Made by a program: the position numbers and the translations under genes. 55,007 nucleotides of DNA, from positions 1 to 55,007 of the IMG/VR virus record IMGVR_UViG_3300037153_000557; one strand, given 5' to 3'. The notes below the pieces were generated by a model, which ran no database searches, was not told where the DNA came from, and worked only from the letters and a program-made list of their open reading frames with translations. This document shows, piece by piece, positions 29,975 through 40,155 of this stretch; the first letter of the stretch is position 1; every line of letters starts with the position of its first letter. This stretch comes from a virus. Taxonomy: Duplodnaviria; Caudoviricetes.

Positions 29975-30169
29975 ATGCCGGAAAACAAAGAATTATTAAC
30001 AGTTTCAGAGGTAGCACAGGCATTGCGAGTAGATAATACGACAGTGAGGCGTTGGCTGAAAAACGGTGCAATGCAAGCCGTCTCGTTACCACATGTCGGC
30101 AAGCGAATGGCGTATCGCATCAAGCGAGCCACGTTAGACGGGCTACTTGCAACTACAACACAAGCTTAG
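29975..30169 (+). CDS. excisionase-like HTH (HTH_17)
   Basis: LLTVSEVAQALRVDNTTVRRWLKNG. Confidence 0.85.
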   Translation: MPENKELLTVSEVAQALRVDNTTVRRWLKNGAMQAVSLPHVGKRMAYRIKRATLDGLLATTTQA

Positions 30170-30194
30170 TCATCCATCCGTCCATCCATTCATT

Positions 30195-30266
30195 GCCAGG
30201 ACTTCGGTTCTGGCTTTTTTGTGCAAGAAAAAGACCTGCACCAGCCTCACTCATGCAGGTCTTCTC
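30195..30266. terminator. pair of intrinsic terminators
   Basis: GCCAGGAC-TTCG-GTTCTGGC-T6 (plus) and A5-GACCTGCA..TGCAGGTC (minus or bidirectional). Confidence 0.7.
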
Positions 30267-31075
30267 TGGAGTCGAAGCTCCTCGTTACTCGGATAGCTCA
30301 GTATAGCACATCCGTCACGCTACACGGTCTTTCTCGCACGACACATCCATTCTCTCGTCTCTCACGGACAAAGGGCATTCTCGGCCTTCTCAGTGCGATT
30401 TAGGGGCATTTTGGCTCGATTAGGTAAGCTAGAAGCATGGATACTACCAATCAAGAATACTTGCTCACTTACCTAGAGCAATGCAAGCTCAAAGCTCTCG
30501 GTGCCTACGAATACGCACAAAAGCTGCAAGATGAGAGTGTGAAGGAAAAACTTGAGACGATTGTCTCGGATGTGATAGGGTTGACAGAATACGCAAAAGG
30601 CAAAAGAAAAGAGGCTAGCGACTAGGCCAACCTCTCCACAAGACCGCTCTTTTCCACTTCTTGGCACCAGTTCTCAATAGCTTCAGCCAGTGTGTGACCA
30701 AAACCGAAGAAGTTTCCTAGAGCGACAAATATTCTATTGGGACCTACCTGAATATACATCCTATGCTCTTGGCATAGCTGCAACAGATCATCCGTCTTGT
30801 TCATACTTTCCTCACTAGCCTCTTTCGGTAGACCTTGGCTCGCTTGGTGCTCACACATCTGGTGATAACACCAAGCTTAGCACCGAACTGGTAATGCCTA
30901 TTCGCTCTACACCATCTGCGCATAGGCTTGATATAATTCTCTCTTATCCACGTATGCAGCTCACGCTTTCTTTGCAATATTCTAGGCAAGGCACGTTTAT
31001 GAGCATCTTGGAAAGAGATGTCATGCTCAGCACAGCTAGGAGCTTGCATGAGAGCCTCAAGGTAGGTTTTGTCCA

Positions 31076-31168
31076 TTATTTCTTGCCCCTATGATACCAG
31101 CGATAGAGCCAACCAGCCACAATGAGAGCAACGGCTATCGTGGTACAGACGTACCAAAGCCAGTTCAT
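31076..31168 (-). CDS. 30-aa single-TM peptide MNWLWYVCTTIAVALIVAGWLYRWYHRGKK (type I toxin-like)
   Basis: Translated by hand; RBS AGAGAGGA; stop overlaps next start. Confidence 0.6.
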   Translation of the reverse strand: MNWLWYVCTTIAVALIVAGWLYRWYHRGKK

Positions 31169-31638
31169 ATGTCTATCCTCTCTTTACAGGCCTAGTATAC
31201 TCATTTTTGAGCAGGGAGTCACTACTTGCTTTGGAGGCTGGTGATTGGTTCCCTGCTCAACCCACGAACTAATCTTCCTGCTCTTGCTCCATGCTTCTTT
31301 TCAATTGCCTGATAGGACGTACAATACAGTCTTCCTCATGACTATAGCCATGACAGTACTCGCATAGCGAAATTCCATCTAATGTAAAAAAGGTGTCTAA
31401 TTTCGACAAAATCTCAAGTGTAAGTTTTTCTTGTTCTGGTGTCATAGTCTTATCCTTTCTAACTGTGCTATAATTGAGCTGAGCAGAGCAACCTACTACT
31501 ATCTGCAACTACTGCCTCACTGCCAAACACGCTCTGCTCGACCCAAACCTCAGTAGTATACTGTACATGAGAGCAGTGCGCCCCCATCAGGTTTACTTAT
31601 GCCCTAACGAAGAGCACCGCTCTCTTTTGCTTCTCTCG

Positions 31639-31929
31639 TTACTTTCTTCTCACTAATGTATTTATTTGCTGAAGCGCAGCCCTTCTCTCAGCAACCACAA
31701 TCGCACGTTCGACATTCTCGAAATGCTTACTCAAACGTTTCAAAAAGAGCAGTCTTACAATCCACCCACCATTGCCATGAAATGCGCTCTCATCCCAATA
31801 TGCGCTTGTCTTATCTTGTCGTGTGAGATAGGCGTCCATGATGTTTAACGATGACTTCGTACCACTAAAACGGATAGCATAGGTGGTTGTATTGATTTGC
31901 GTGATGTCTTGAATAATCAGCTTGTGCAT
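31639..31929 (-). CDS. hypothetical protein
   Basis: Coupled downstream of initiator B. Confidence 0.55.
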   Translation of the reverse strand: MHKLIIQDITQINTTTYAIRFSGTKSSLNIMDAYLTRQDKTSAYWDESAFHGNGGWIVRLLFLKRLSKHFENVERAIVVAERRAALQQINTLVRRK

Positions 31930-31930
31930 G

Positions 31931-32995
31931 TTACGCTTTGGCTCCTTCCTGCTGTTGTGCTGCTCTTGCTGCGTTCCTCGCTCGCATCTTGGCTAACTGC
32001 TCTTGGTTGCTTCTCTTGATGGCTGCCAATTCGCTCTCTGTTGGCTGTTGTGCAATGTGTGGGCCTGTGGGCTTGCCACGGGATGACGACGCTGGTGTGG
32101 GCTTTGCTTCCAGTGACTGTAACCAGCCATTCAGCTCATTCACTAAATTTTTGAGATGGATTTGTCCTTGAATATACGGTAACGCTCGTACAAAGTGGAC
32201 TAAGCTAATAAAATTCTCTACTGTTTGTACGTATTTTGCAATTTCGGCGCACTCTCCTTTGAGCTTGGCGGTTTTGCGTGGTGGCTTGGCTTTGAAGATC
32301 GTTTGGCAGGCGTAGTCGTAGATGACTTGTTCTGTTTCAGTTGACGAAACTTCCTCTTCCTGCTTTGTCTCCTGAAAAGCAGTTTTAAATTGAGAGTGAG
32401 AAGCATGAATGGATGAATGCGTAGCCTCTTGGGTTGCAGAGACGTTGGGCGTGCCATTCTTTCTTTCTACAGTATCTTTCTTAGAGTTTCTTTCTTTAGT
32501 TTCTTTCTCTGATCGATGTAAACTTTCTTTACCTCCGATGTCAAGATTCTTTACCTCTGGGGTAAAGATGTTTGACCTCTGGGGTAAAGATCCTTTACCT
32601 CTAGTTTGGGGGTAAAGATCCTTTACCTCTGAGTCAGAAGCAAACATCTTGAGAGCATAAGCTTTGACTATTCTAGCCCTGTCTCTATTATCAACATTAC
32701 AGATGAGATAGCCGTGTTCAATGGCATATTTGAGCCCTTGGATTACGCTTGGTTTGCTCAAACCTGTTCCATCATCAATTCGACTTCCATCGGCACGTTT
32801 TCTGCCATGCATAAACTCATCAACAGTGATAGGCTTCGGCTTTCCATCGTATTCCTGAAAGCCCCACGTATGTCTCAAGACGTATTCCACGACCTTTAAC
32901 TCCGCAAGATTATTGATCTTTGCAGAGATATTCACCCATTCGATAGGCATGCGAAAGTAGTTGCTTACAGGAGGGTTGAAACCATTGAATGTCAT
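31931..32995 (-). CDS. replication initiator B (paralogue of A)
   Basis: AELKVVEYVLRHTWGF, TVDEFM.GR, GTGLSKPSV..GL..AIEHGYL; internal iterons. Confidence 0.78.
   Translation of the reverse strand: MTFNGFNPPVSNYFRMPIEWVNISAKINNLAELKVVEYVLRHTWGFQEYDGKPKPITVDEFMHGRKRADGSRIDDGTGLSKPSVIQGLKYAIEHGYLICNVDNRDRARIVKAYALKMFASDSEVKDLYPQTRGKGSLPQRSNIFTPEVKNLDIGGKESLHRSEKETKERNSKKDTVERKNGTPNVSATQEATHSSIHASHSQFKTAFQETKQEEEVSSTETEQVIYDYACQTIFKAKPPRKTAKLKGECAEIAKYVQTVENFISLVHFVRALPYIQGQIHLKNLVNELNGWLQSLEAKPTPASSSRGKPTGPHIAQQPTESELAAIKRSNQEQLAKMRARNAARAAQQQEGAKA
32515..32630. repeat. iterons (ori B), five copies of GGGGTAAAGATCCTTTACCTCT-like palindrome
   Basis: Two exact copies plus three variants; adjacent AT/pyrimidine tract. 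Confidence 0.75.
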
Positions 32996-33222
32996 CTCAC
33001 TACCTCCCAGGGGACTTGATTCGAGGTGGGATTATATGATAATGTGTATAGTATAGACATCAGGTCTACCTTTCTAGTAATAACATACACCTTGTAGTTT
33101 GTTTGGTCACATACTGCTCGGTGTTTTTTGTTAGCTTAGACATCGCATGTATTGCACATGTTCTGTCATCTGTGAAGGTTTGAGCTGACGGGCGTTCGGG
33201 TAAAATGGCCGTCAGCTCGGGC

Positions 33223-33498
33223 CTAGGCTGCCTCCGATACCGAGTCTTGCTCGGTTTCTTTTTTGGCCTCACCTCTAATACTGATCCCGTGAACATTTTG
33301 TAGCGTAAATCTTTTGTCATAAGCAGACGAAAGCGCTATAAGCAGCTTGTTAATGGTACTTCGTATTGCGGGCTTTCCGTCCCTAATTCGTGCGACGGTA
33401 ACTTCGCTGATATTGTGATCCTTGCCAAATTGCCTTAGTGAATAGGGCAAGTTTTCAATCAGCTCTCTTAGTGTATAAATCTCTTTGTCTTCAAGCAT
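33223..33498 (-). CDS. XRE/Cro-like HTH regulator
   Basis: SLRQFGKDHNISEVTVARIRDG. Confidence 0.7.
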   Translation of the reverse strand: MLEDKEIYTLRELIENLPYSLRQFGKDHNISEVTVARIRDGKPAIRSTINKLLIALSSAYDKRFTLQNVHGISIRGEAKKETEQDSVSEAA

Positions 33499-33529
33499 TT
33501 GAGTCTCCTCTCTTTCTTAAGATATTTCA

Positions 33530-33625
33530 ATTCTACATAAAGATAAGCCATCTGTCAACTGATTTCTGCATTTTTAAAAACTCATATAAAAATGTGTTGA
33601 CAGATGGCTTAAGATGTGATATCTT
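33530..33625. promoter_or_regulatory. symmetrical divergent promoters with 16-bp inverted repeat
   Basis: TAAGCCATCTGTCAAC (33544-33559) / GTTGACAGATGGCTTA (33596-33611); each arm contains a -35 TTGACA. Confidence 0.7.
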
Positions 33626-33672
33626 ATAAGTGTCCCAAGGACGAAGAAACAAAACCAAAGGAGACCACACCA

Positions 33673-33966
33673 ATGACTCGCATCCTGGACTTCGGCAAGA
33701 ACAAAGGCAAAGCCCTTCACGACTGTGAAGAGAAATATCTCAAGTGGCTCGTTTCACACGAAAAGGTGCTCGCCAAACGCAATCGCTGGGCTAGCCGAGA
33801 TGCTCGGTTCATCTTAGAGCGCAGAGCAGCACAAGCCGTTGTCACCACAACCGGGAATGCGACATGGAATGAGTGGGAAAAGGTTCTCATCGCGAAACCG
33901 ATCTCCAATGATCTGGGCATGCGTGGTCAATTGAATGGAACAAGAGCGTTTAGCTTAATGCGTTGA
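33673..33966 (+). CDS. DUF3820 / ExoX-C-like small domain protein
   Basis: LDFGKNKGK.L.D...YLKWL motif. Confidence 0.65.
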   Translation: MTRILDFGKNKGKALHDCEEKYLKWLVSHEKVLAKRNRWASRDARFILERRAAQAVVTTTGNATWNEWEKVLIAKPISNDLGMRGQLNGTRAFSLMR

Positions 33967-34259
33967 ACAAAAGAAAGGATAGTAAAATGAGTCAAATGAA
34001 GAATTGTCGAGAGTGTGGGAATACGTGTGTCGGAGATGAAAATCTCTGTAATATCTGTCTTCAAGAGTTCGAAGATGAGTACGAAGATTGGTATGATGGC
34101 TGGCATGAAGAGTGTTGCCAAGACTTCACTCAGAATCGGAAAGAGGAAGAAACAGAAGCAAAGAGAAACAATCCACGGTACTTCGGAAATGCAATTAATC
34201 CCATTCAATGGAATTGGTGGTAAGACGAGAAGAAAGTAAGCAAGGAAGGAGAGACACTT

Positions 34260-34793
34260 ATGAAAAGGCAGACAGCGACACACCACATACAAGCGGCACC
34301 AAAGGTGATCAAAGAGCGTGAGATCCTCGTCTTGAGACGCTACTACATCAAACAGGACTACGCTCCCAAAGGGCTGCACAAAGGTGATGTGGTGTTAGTC
34401 ATTCGCAGCGACAAGGGTGCTGAGTACACGGTGACGTTGCGTAGGAACAAAGCACACTCTTGTACCTGCCCTTCCGTCAAGCCGTGTTACCACATCAAAA
34501 CCATGGTGGGAAAAGAGAATGCGCGGTATGCTACTGAGAAAGCTGTCAAGATGCCTGCTCAAGAAGTTGTCTCTCCAAAGGGTGAAGAAATGGCAGAGGC
34601 CGCCGTCAAAGAGGCTGAAAAGATCGTCACTCCTCAGTTCACCAACCTGTTCAAGAGGCCTAGCAGATGGCTCTCAGAGCAAATTGAGAAGCAAGAGAGC
34701 TATCGTGAGATCAAAGCGCAAGCCCGCGAGATCCGCGAACGTCGTGAATATGCTCCATTGAATGGAAATCGGGCTTTTTCTCTCATGAGATGA
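34260..34793 (+). CDS. SWIM zinc-finger protein
   Basis: YTV..HSCTCPSVKPCYH. Confidence 0.75.
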   Translation: MKRQTATHHIQAAPKVIKEREILVLRRYYIKQDYAPKGLHKGDVVLVIRSDKGAEYTVTLRRNKAHSCTCPSVKPCYHIKTMVGKENARYATEKAVKMPAQEVVSPKGEEMAEAAVKEAEKIVTPQFTNLFKRPSRWLSEQIEKQESYREIKAQAREIRERREYAPLNGNRAFSLMR

Positions 34794-35182
34794 GAGCCCA
34801 AAGAGAAAGGGACAAACAAGATGAAACAGCAAGCCGAACCAAAGATGCCGTGTGAACAGTGCAAAAAACTCATTAAAGTGAGTGAATTGGTCCATTGGCA
34901 CGGATACTATCAAAAGCAAGACCGGACGTATGTCTTGGTCCAAAAAGACGTGTGTTTGAGCTGTCGGAACCGCTTATCCATTCTGATGCCACTGTGAAAA
35001 TGGAGAGGCTGAGAGTCGTCCCGTCCACGATGTGGTTTTTCGCACTCAGGAAAGCGCAAGAGACGGCCTTGCATGGATGAGAGAGACAAACTGCCATCTC
35101 AGAAATCAAAGCCTCAGAAATCGGTGGTAGGAGCTTTCTCGTAGGTTATAGCAATTCGTTATAAAGTGAAAGGACAAAACCG

Positions 35183-35464
35183 ATGGACATTCATGTCAGG
35201 CAATATTGGTATCCCGATGCAAACGGGGTGCCAGCACTCAAGGTGTACAAATTTTTTCGCAAGGTGGGGCCGCGAAAATACGAATTGATCCCCGAGTTGA
35301 TGAGCTACGGCTTTGCGAGCAAAGCACGCGCTGAGAAGCGTGCGAGAGAGGTGGAAGCTGAGTATGCGGCAAAGGAAGCGGCTGAAGCAGCAAAACAAGA
35401 GTTCGTGTGTAGTGGATGTCTCGATGGATGGTGCGATGGGTGCGTGCCGGAGACGGAAATGTAG
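35183..35464 (+). CDS. hypothetical protein
   Basis: RBS GAAAGGA; C-terminal CxxC..CxxC. Confidence 0.5.
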   Translation: MDIHVRQYWYPDANGVPALKVYKFFRKVGPRKYELIPELMSYGFASKARAEKRAREVEAEYAAKEAAEAAKQEFVCSGCLDGWCDGCVPETEM

Positions 35465-35582
35465 TGGGATGGGAAGGCTAGCAGTGAGGAAAGCCTTCCC
35501 AAAGAGCTGGGTGAGAGGCTGCTAGCATGAAACAGCCTCTCAAAAAGAAGTATACAATACTATGACAAGGAGTGTGAACATC

Positions 35583-36416
35583 ATGAGTACCGCATTAATC
35601 AGTTTTAATCAAGAAGAAATCCAGTTAGTCAAGAGTCAGATAGCCCCTGGCGCTAGCGACGGACAGCTAGCACTTTTTATCCAAGTATGCAAACAGACGG
35701 GCCTCAATCCGTTCGCGCGGCAGATCTACGCGGTCTTCAGAAATGAATGGGTGGATGGAAAGAACGAAAAGCGCATGACGATACAAACGAGCATAGACGG
35801 CTATAGATTACTCGCGCAAAGGTCTGGTGAATATGCAGGTCAAGAGGGTCCTTGGTGGTATGACGACCAAAAGAAAGAGTGGGTTGATTTGTGGTTAGAA
35901 GAATACCCACCAGCGGCAGCTAAGGTAGGCGTTATGCGTAAGGGTTTTACGCAACCCATTTATGCTGTAGCAAGTTTCAAGAGCTATGCTGCTCGCAAAA
36001 AAGATGGGACCCTTATGACCATGTGGCAAAAGTTGCCAGAGGTGATGATAGCCAAAGTTAGCGAAAGCTTGGCATTGCGTAGGGCCTTTCCTGCTGAACT
36101 GTCCGGTATCTATACCGATGCAGAGATGGAACAAGCCGACACTTCAGCGCAAACTGTTGCAGTCGCCACACAGGTACGCCCACAAACGGAAGAGGACAAG
36201 AAAAAGGCTCGTCTCAACAACCTCTTCAAAGTCGGCAAGGCCAAGGGCTTGTATGGCAACAAGACCGAGATGGCGGAATACATCTCAGATGCGCTTGAGA
36301 CGGTCATAGAGGCCGATGATCTGATGAGTCTAGAGGATGAACGCTTACTTGTAGTAGAGCAGGCTGTAGAGGCTTCTAGTGGCTTTGCATCGGCAGATCT
36401 GCAACAAGCTTCGTAG
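35583..36416 (+). CDS. bet: phage recombination protein Bet (RecT/Redbeta family)
   Basis: GLNPFARQIY, SIDGYR..AQRSG, W.K.P..MIAK.SE..ALRRAFP..LSGIY..AEM. Confidence 0.9.
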   Translation: MSTALISFNQEEIQLVKSQIAPGASDGQLALFIQVCKQTGLNPFARQIYAVFRNEWVDGKNEKRMTIQTSIDGYRLLAQRSGEYAGQEGPWWYDDQKKEWVDLWLEEYPPAAAKVGVMRKGFTQPIYAVASFKSYAARKKDGTLMTMWQKLPEVMIAKVSESLALRRAFPAELSGIYTDAEMEQADTSAQTVAVATQVRPQTEEDKKKARLNNLFKVGKAKGLYGNKTEMAEYISDALETVIEADDLMSLEDERLLVVEQAVEASSGFASADLQQAS

Positions 36417-36517
36417 CGTGGTGGGGCTTCGGCCCAGAAAAGATGTTCAATCTCGACTCCCCCGCTCGTATCGGGGGAGTGAAACACAAACGGGGCTTCG
36501 GCCAGAAAGGATGAATT

Positions 36518-36679
36518 ATGCCAGCATCAACCAACAGCAAACTGCTCTTTGCTCCTCTTCCTCCGATTGATCCGGTCAAACGCGCTCAAGCCATTCGAGA
36601 GGCACTAGCCAAGAGACGGATCAAGCACACGAAAGAGCTAGACGAGATATTGGCACTGTTAGATCAACTTGTAGCATAA
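36518..36679 (+). CDS. 53-aa hypothetical protein
   Basis: Translated by hand; RBS AGAAAGGA. Confidence 0.5.
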   Translation: MPASTNSKLLFAPLPPIDPVKRAQAIREALAKRRIKHTKELDEILALLDQLVA

Positions 36680-37100
36680 AAGAGTAGAAAGGGATTTACA
36701 CATGGAATGCACACCAATAACTATCACATGGAAGCAGTTCAGACAGCTCAAAGCGGCTGTGCTCATTCAGCACTTCCAACTCGGATTTGAAGAGGTAGGA
36801 AAAGCAATGGTGGCATTGCAGTGTTGGCACTATCGCAAAGAGCGTATCAAGTTAAGAGTACTTACCACATGGTATAAGCGGTAGAAGTGAGGAAACAGAG
36901 CAGTGAGCCAGTGCTGTACGAGCTAAAATCTGACCATTCAAATAGTTGCTCACTGCTCTTGTCCTCAATCATAGACGTACTGTCAACAGACGGGGTTTCA
37001 GCCTCATCTGTTTTTTGTTGTGCTAGGAAAGTAGCCAGATTGGCTACCTTGCGAGTCTCTTCTCGCTGCTATAGTAGGCCGAAACGAAATAAGGCCTGCT

Positions 37101-37322
37101 GTGTTAGAAGATCTCTTTCCAAGGCGATTGAAGCAGCTTCGTAAGAAAAAGAAGCTGACACAGCTCAAACTCTCAATCATTCTGGGCGTACACATTAGCA
37201 CCATCAAACGATGGGAAACAGGAAAGAGATTCCCTGATCCTACCGAGATACAGGCCATAGCACAGGCTTTAGGCGTACGAATGAAAGACCTCTTTGACTT
37301 CCCTGAACATCCTAAACTCTAA
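37101..37322 (+). CDS. XRE-family HTH regulator
   Basis: LKQLRKKKKLTQ..TIKRWETG.RFP. Confidence 0.85.
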   Translation: MLEDLFPRRLKQLRKKKKLTQLKLSIILGVHISTIKRWETGKRFPDPTEIQAIAQALGVRMKDLFDFPEHPKL

Positions 37323-37950
37323 TTAAAAATCGTTATCACCGGGCTCGATCCACAGAAGGGGATCGAGATTTCGTCATGTCCCCAAAATGTCACCAAAAAG
37401 CACTGGTATTTTCTTCCTGTCTTGGGATATACTTGAGAGTGGACAAGAATGGTAATTCTTACACAAGAACTCGCTAGGTGCATTTCTTCACAAGCGCAAG
37501 GCTTGGTTTCCGTTGCAGAGCGATGCAACATACACAAAATGTACGAAGGAGTACAGTCCGATGGACATACATCAACGCTACTAGGCGAATACAGTATTTT
37601 TCGCGTTCCACGCGCAGACAGGCGCTTCTTCTCGATTTTTCTTCGGTTTTTCACGCACGGAGATTCTGTCCTTTTTGGTAGGTGTATAACATGCATAGAA
37701 AGATATGTGGATGTATACATATCAACACATTACCATGTTGGCACATAAGCGCAAAACGAATCGCATGTGTCATGGCGTTTCGAATGGATGTTCTCATCGC
37801 GTAGATTGGCCTGTAGAGCTGGTTTATTGCCACCATGCTATTTAGCACGTACTAATTAGCAGGATTGTGAAATACTCGACAATTGGGCATAATTGTTGGT
37901 ACCGCCGTTGTTTCGACAACGTCTTCCCACTTTTTACAGAGGTAAAAGAT

Positions 37951-38253
37951 ATGAACATAAACAATATCACTCTTTCTACGAAAGAGACCGAAGTGATGGA
38001 TTTATTAGCACGATGGTATGTAAAAGACGAAGAAATAGCACAAGCCTTACAAATTAGCAAGGGAAGTGCACACAATCACGTAATCAGAATTATGCGTTTA
38101 ACAGGCATTCACAACCGTACAATGCTCATATGGTATGCGCAAGAATGCGGCTTTGGGAAAAACAAGAGCCCCCGTCGGATAACAGAGGCTCTCAACCCCA
38201 GCATGGTAAACACAACAAAAACCGAAGTCGGACATAGCGTAGCAGAATTCTAG
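37951..38253 (+). CDS. LuxR/GerE-type HTH
   Basis: LSTKETEVMDLL..EIAQALQISKGSAHNH. Confidence 0.75.
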   Translation: MNINNITLSTKETEVMDLLARWYVKDEEIAQALQISKGSAHNHVIRIMRLTGIHNRTMLIWYAQECGFGKNKSPRRITEALNPSMVNTTKTEVGHSVAEF

Positions 38254-38320
38254 CCAAAAGTGATGGTTCTTTAGAACGATTTCTCGTCCAGCATTGAATT
38301 CCACAAAAGAGGTAATAGTT

Positions 38321-38581
38321 ATGCACGAACACCGTATCTCAGAAACAGACCATCTTGACCAGACAAGCTTTTGTGAGAGAGAGAAGAAGAAACAAGGGCT
38401 CGCAACTCTTTCCCCTGAACGAATTCGTGAAATTGCAAGCATGGGGGGAAAAGCCTGCCATGCTCAAGGAAAAGGGCATCAGTGGACCTCAGAGGAAGCG
38501 CGCGAGGCAGGCCGTAAAGGGGGGCTTATCGGAGGCCGTGCCCCCCGACGAAAGACCGCAGAGAAAAGAGGTGTGGCATGA
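38321..38581 (+). CDS. KGG-motif stress-induced protein (YciG/GsiB/Con-10-like)
   Basis: REIASMGG..HQWTSEEAREAGRKGG. Confidence 0.8.
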   Translation: MHEHRISETDHLDQTSFCEREKKKQGLATLSPERIREIASMGGKACHAQGKGHQWTSEEAREAGRKGGLIGGRAPRRKTAEKRGVA

Positions 38582-39027
38582 TTCGCTGTTTTAAATGCGG
38601 CACGCCCGCCACGCAAGACGCTGAAGGCACGATCCATCGTGCTTGTCAGTGCTACCAGCCCAGTCTTATCCAGACGCCGGAGTTGCCTGCTCTCAGACGT
38701 CATGAAAGCGCAACAGGCGTGCCCATCAACCAGTGCCCCATGTGTGGGGAGCCTGTCATCTCCCTGATGTCTCACCGGTGTCGTGGTTTTGGCTCCGTGC
38801 CACCATCTCAAAGCCACGATGTATTGCCAAAAGTCCTACCAGAAGAACCCGAAGTCTTGCCCGAGCAGGCCCATCGCATGTGTCTCTACCTGGAGAACGC
38901 CCTGATCGAACATCTGTCCACATGTGAGAGCTGCCACTTTCTTGCTCGACAAGGCTTGTCTTGCTTCGACTGCATCACTCTTCATTTGCTGCATGCGAAG
39001 TGGGAAAAGAAAGCAGGCACACCATGA
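38578..39027 (+). CDS. Cys-rich (zinc-binding) hypothetical protein
   Basis: Multiple CxxC. Confidence 0.5.
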   Translation: MIRCFKCGTPATQDAEGTIHRACQCYQPSLIQTPELPALRRHESATGVPINQCPMCGEPVISLMSHRCRGFGSVPPSQSHDVLPKVLPEEPEVLPEQAHRMCLYLENALIEHLSTCESCHFLARQGLSCFDCITLHLLHAKWEKKAGTP

Positions 39028-39669
39028 CCGAACTACACACCCTGGTATCACTTGCCAATGTCCAGACACTGGTGCTCGGTCACCATATTTTTGAGCACGA
39101 ACTGCATCCACATAGTGGTGACGATGTGATGTTATTGAGTGATATTCAGCAATTAAAGCGTACAGTTTGCAAAATAGAGCAAGAACTAGAGAAAGAAGAA
39201 CAAGAATGAAAAATATTCATCCGATCTTACGACAAAAGAAGCTATGCATCTATAGTAAGCGTGAAGAGCATATTCTAGCAGAGGCGCTAGGACGTCGTAT
39301 TCTTGCGCTTCAACGATTAGGCACACCAAAGGAGCAAGAGGAGATAGACATCTTGACGGACATCATGAAGCGCTTTGGCTATCGTCCCGCAACAGAAGAG
39401 GAGCGATATTTGTGATCACTTTACGAACAGGATGCATCTCAGGTTCAGCTAGCATGGTCGTCTATGTGCTTCTTTTGCGAAAGGATAGGCAAGCATGAGC
39501 ACACTCCTCAATACGATCATCATGGCTATCCTGCAAATCCCGGACAATGTGAAAGCTGCTGGTGTCATCCTGTCTTACCTGCTCATGCTTGCCTGTCTCA
39601 CCGCCATCGAGAGCCTTGTCCTTCGAATGCAAAAGCGGCTTGACAAGTACAAAGGTAAAGATTGGCGCT

Positions 39670-39942
39670 ATGACGGATAGGAGGCACATGATGAAAGAGA
39701 AGCAACTTGCTCCACAACAAATGCGCATTGTCTCGCTTATCGCAAGAGGATACGGAAGCGAAGAAATACTCAAAATACTCTCTATACGAAGAAGCACGTA
39801 CTATAACCACATGAAAGCGATAAGAGCTAAGACAGGTATCAGGAGCTATGTTCTTCTGGCGTTCTACGCGCTTGGGAAAGGCATTGTCACGCAAGAGGAG
39901 ATTAAGAAGGCAATAAGGAGACACAAGCATGAGCACGTCTGA
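39670..39942 (+). CDS. LuxR/GerE-type HTH
   Basis: LAPQQMRIVSLIARGYGSEEI..STYYNHM..IRAKTG. Confidence 0.75.
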   Translation: MTDRRHMMKEKQLAPQQMRIVSLIARGYGSEEILKILSIRRSTYYNHMKAIRAKTGIRSYVLLAFYALGKGIVTQEEIKKAIRRHKHEHV

Positions 39943-40155
39943 ATTCCTCCTCTTCATTGCGCAGAACCTGTGTCCATCATGCCTTGTACCCTTGGTGCTT
40001 TGGCTCGTGGTGTGCATCCCGTTGGCATGGCGGCTAGGGAAGAGGCAACATGTAACGTTAGAGGATATGTTAGGAGAAAGAGAACAATGAATATTTGTTC
40101 TAGAAAAGTTATACAAGAAAAGAGGCACGAAAATAGGGACAGGAAAGCCCCGTCC

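Noticed and set aside
37320-37950. Genes between XRE and LuxR
   Set aside because: Several overlapping ORFs without a clear RBS or motif; coding status unresolved
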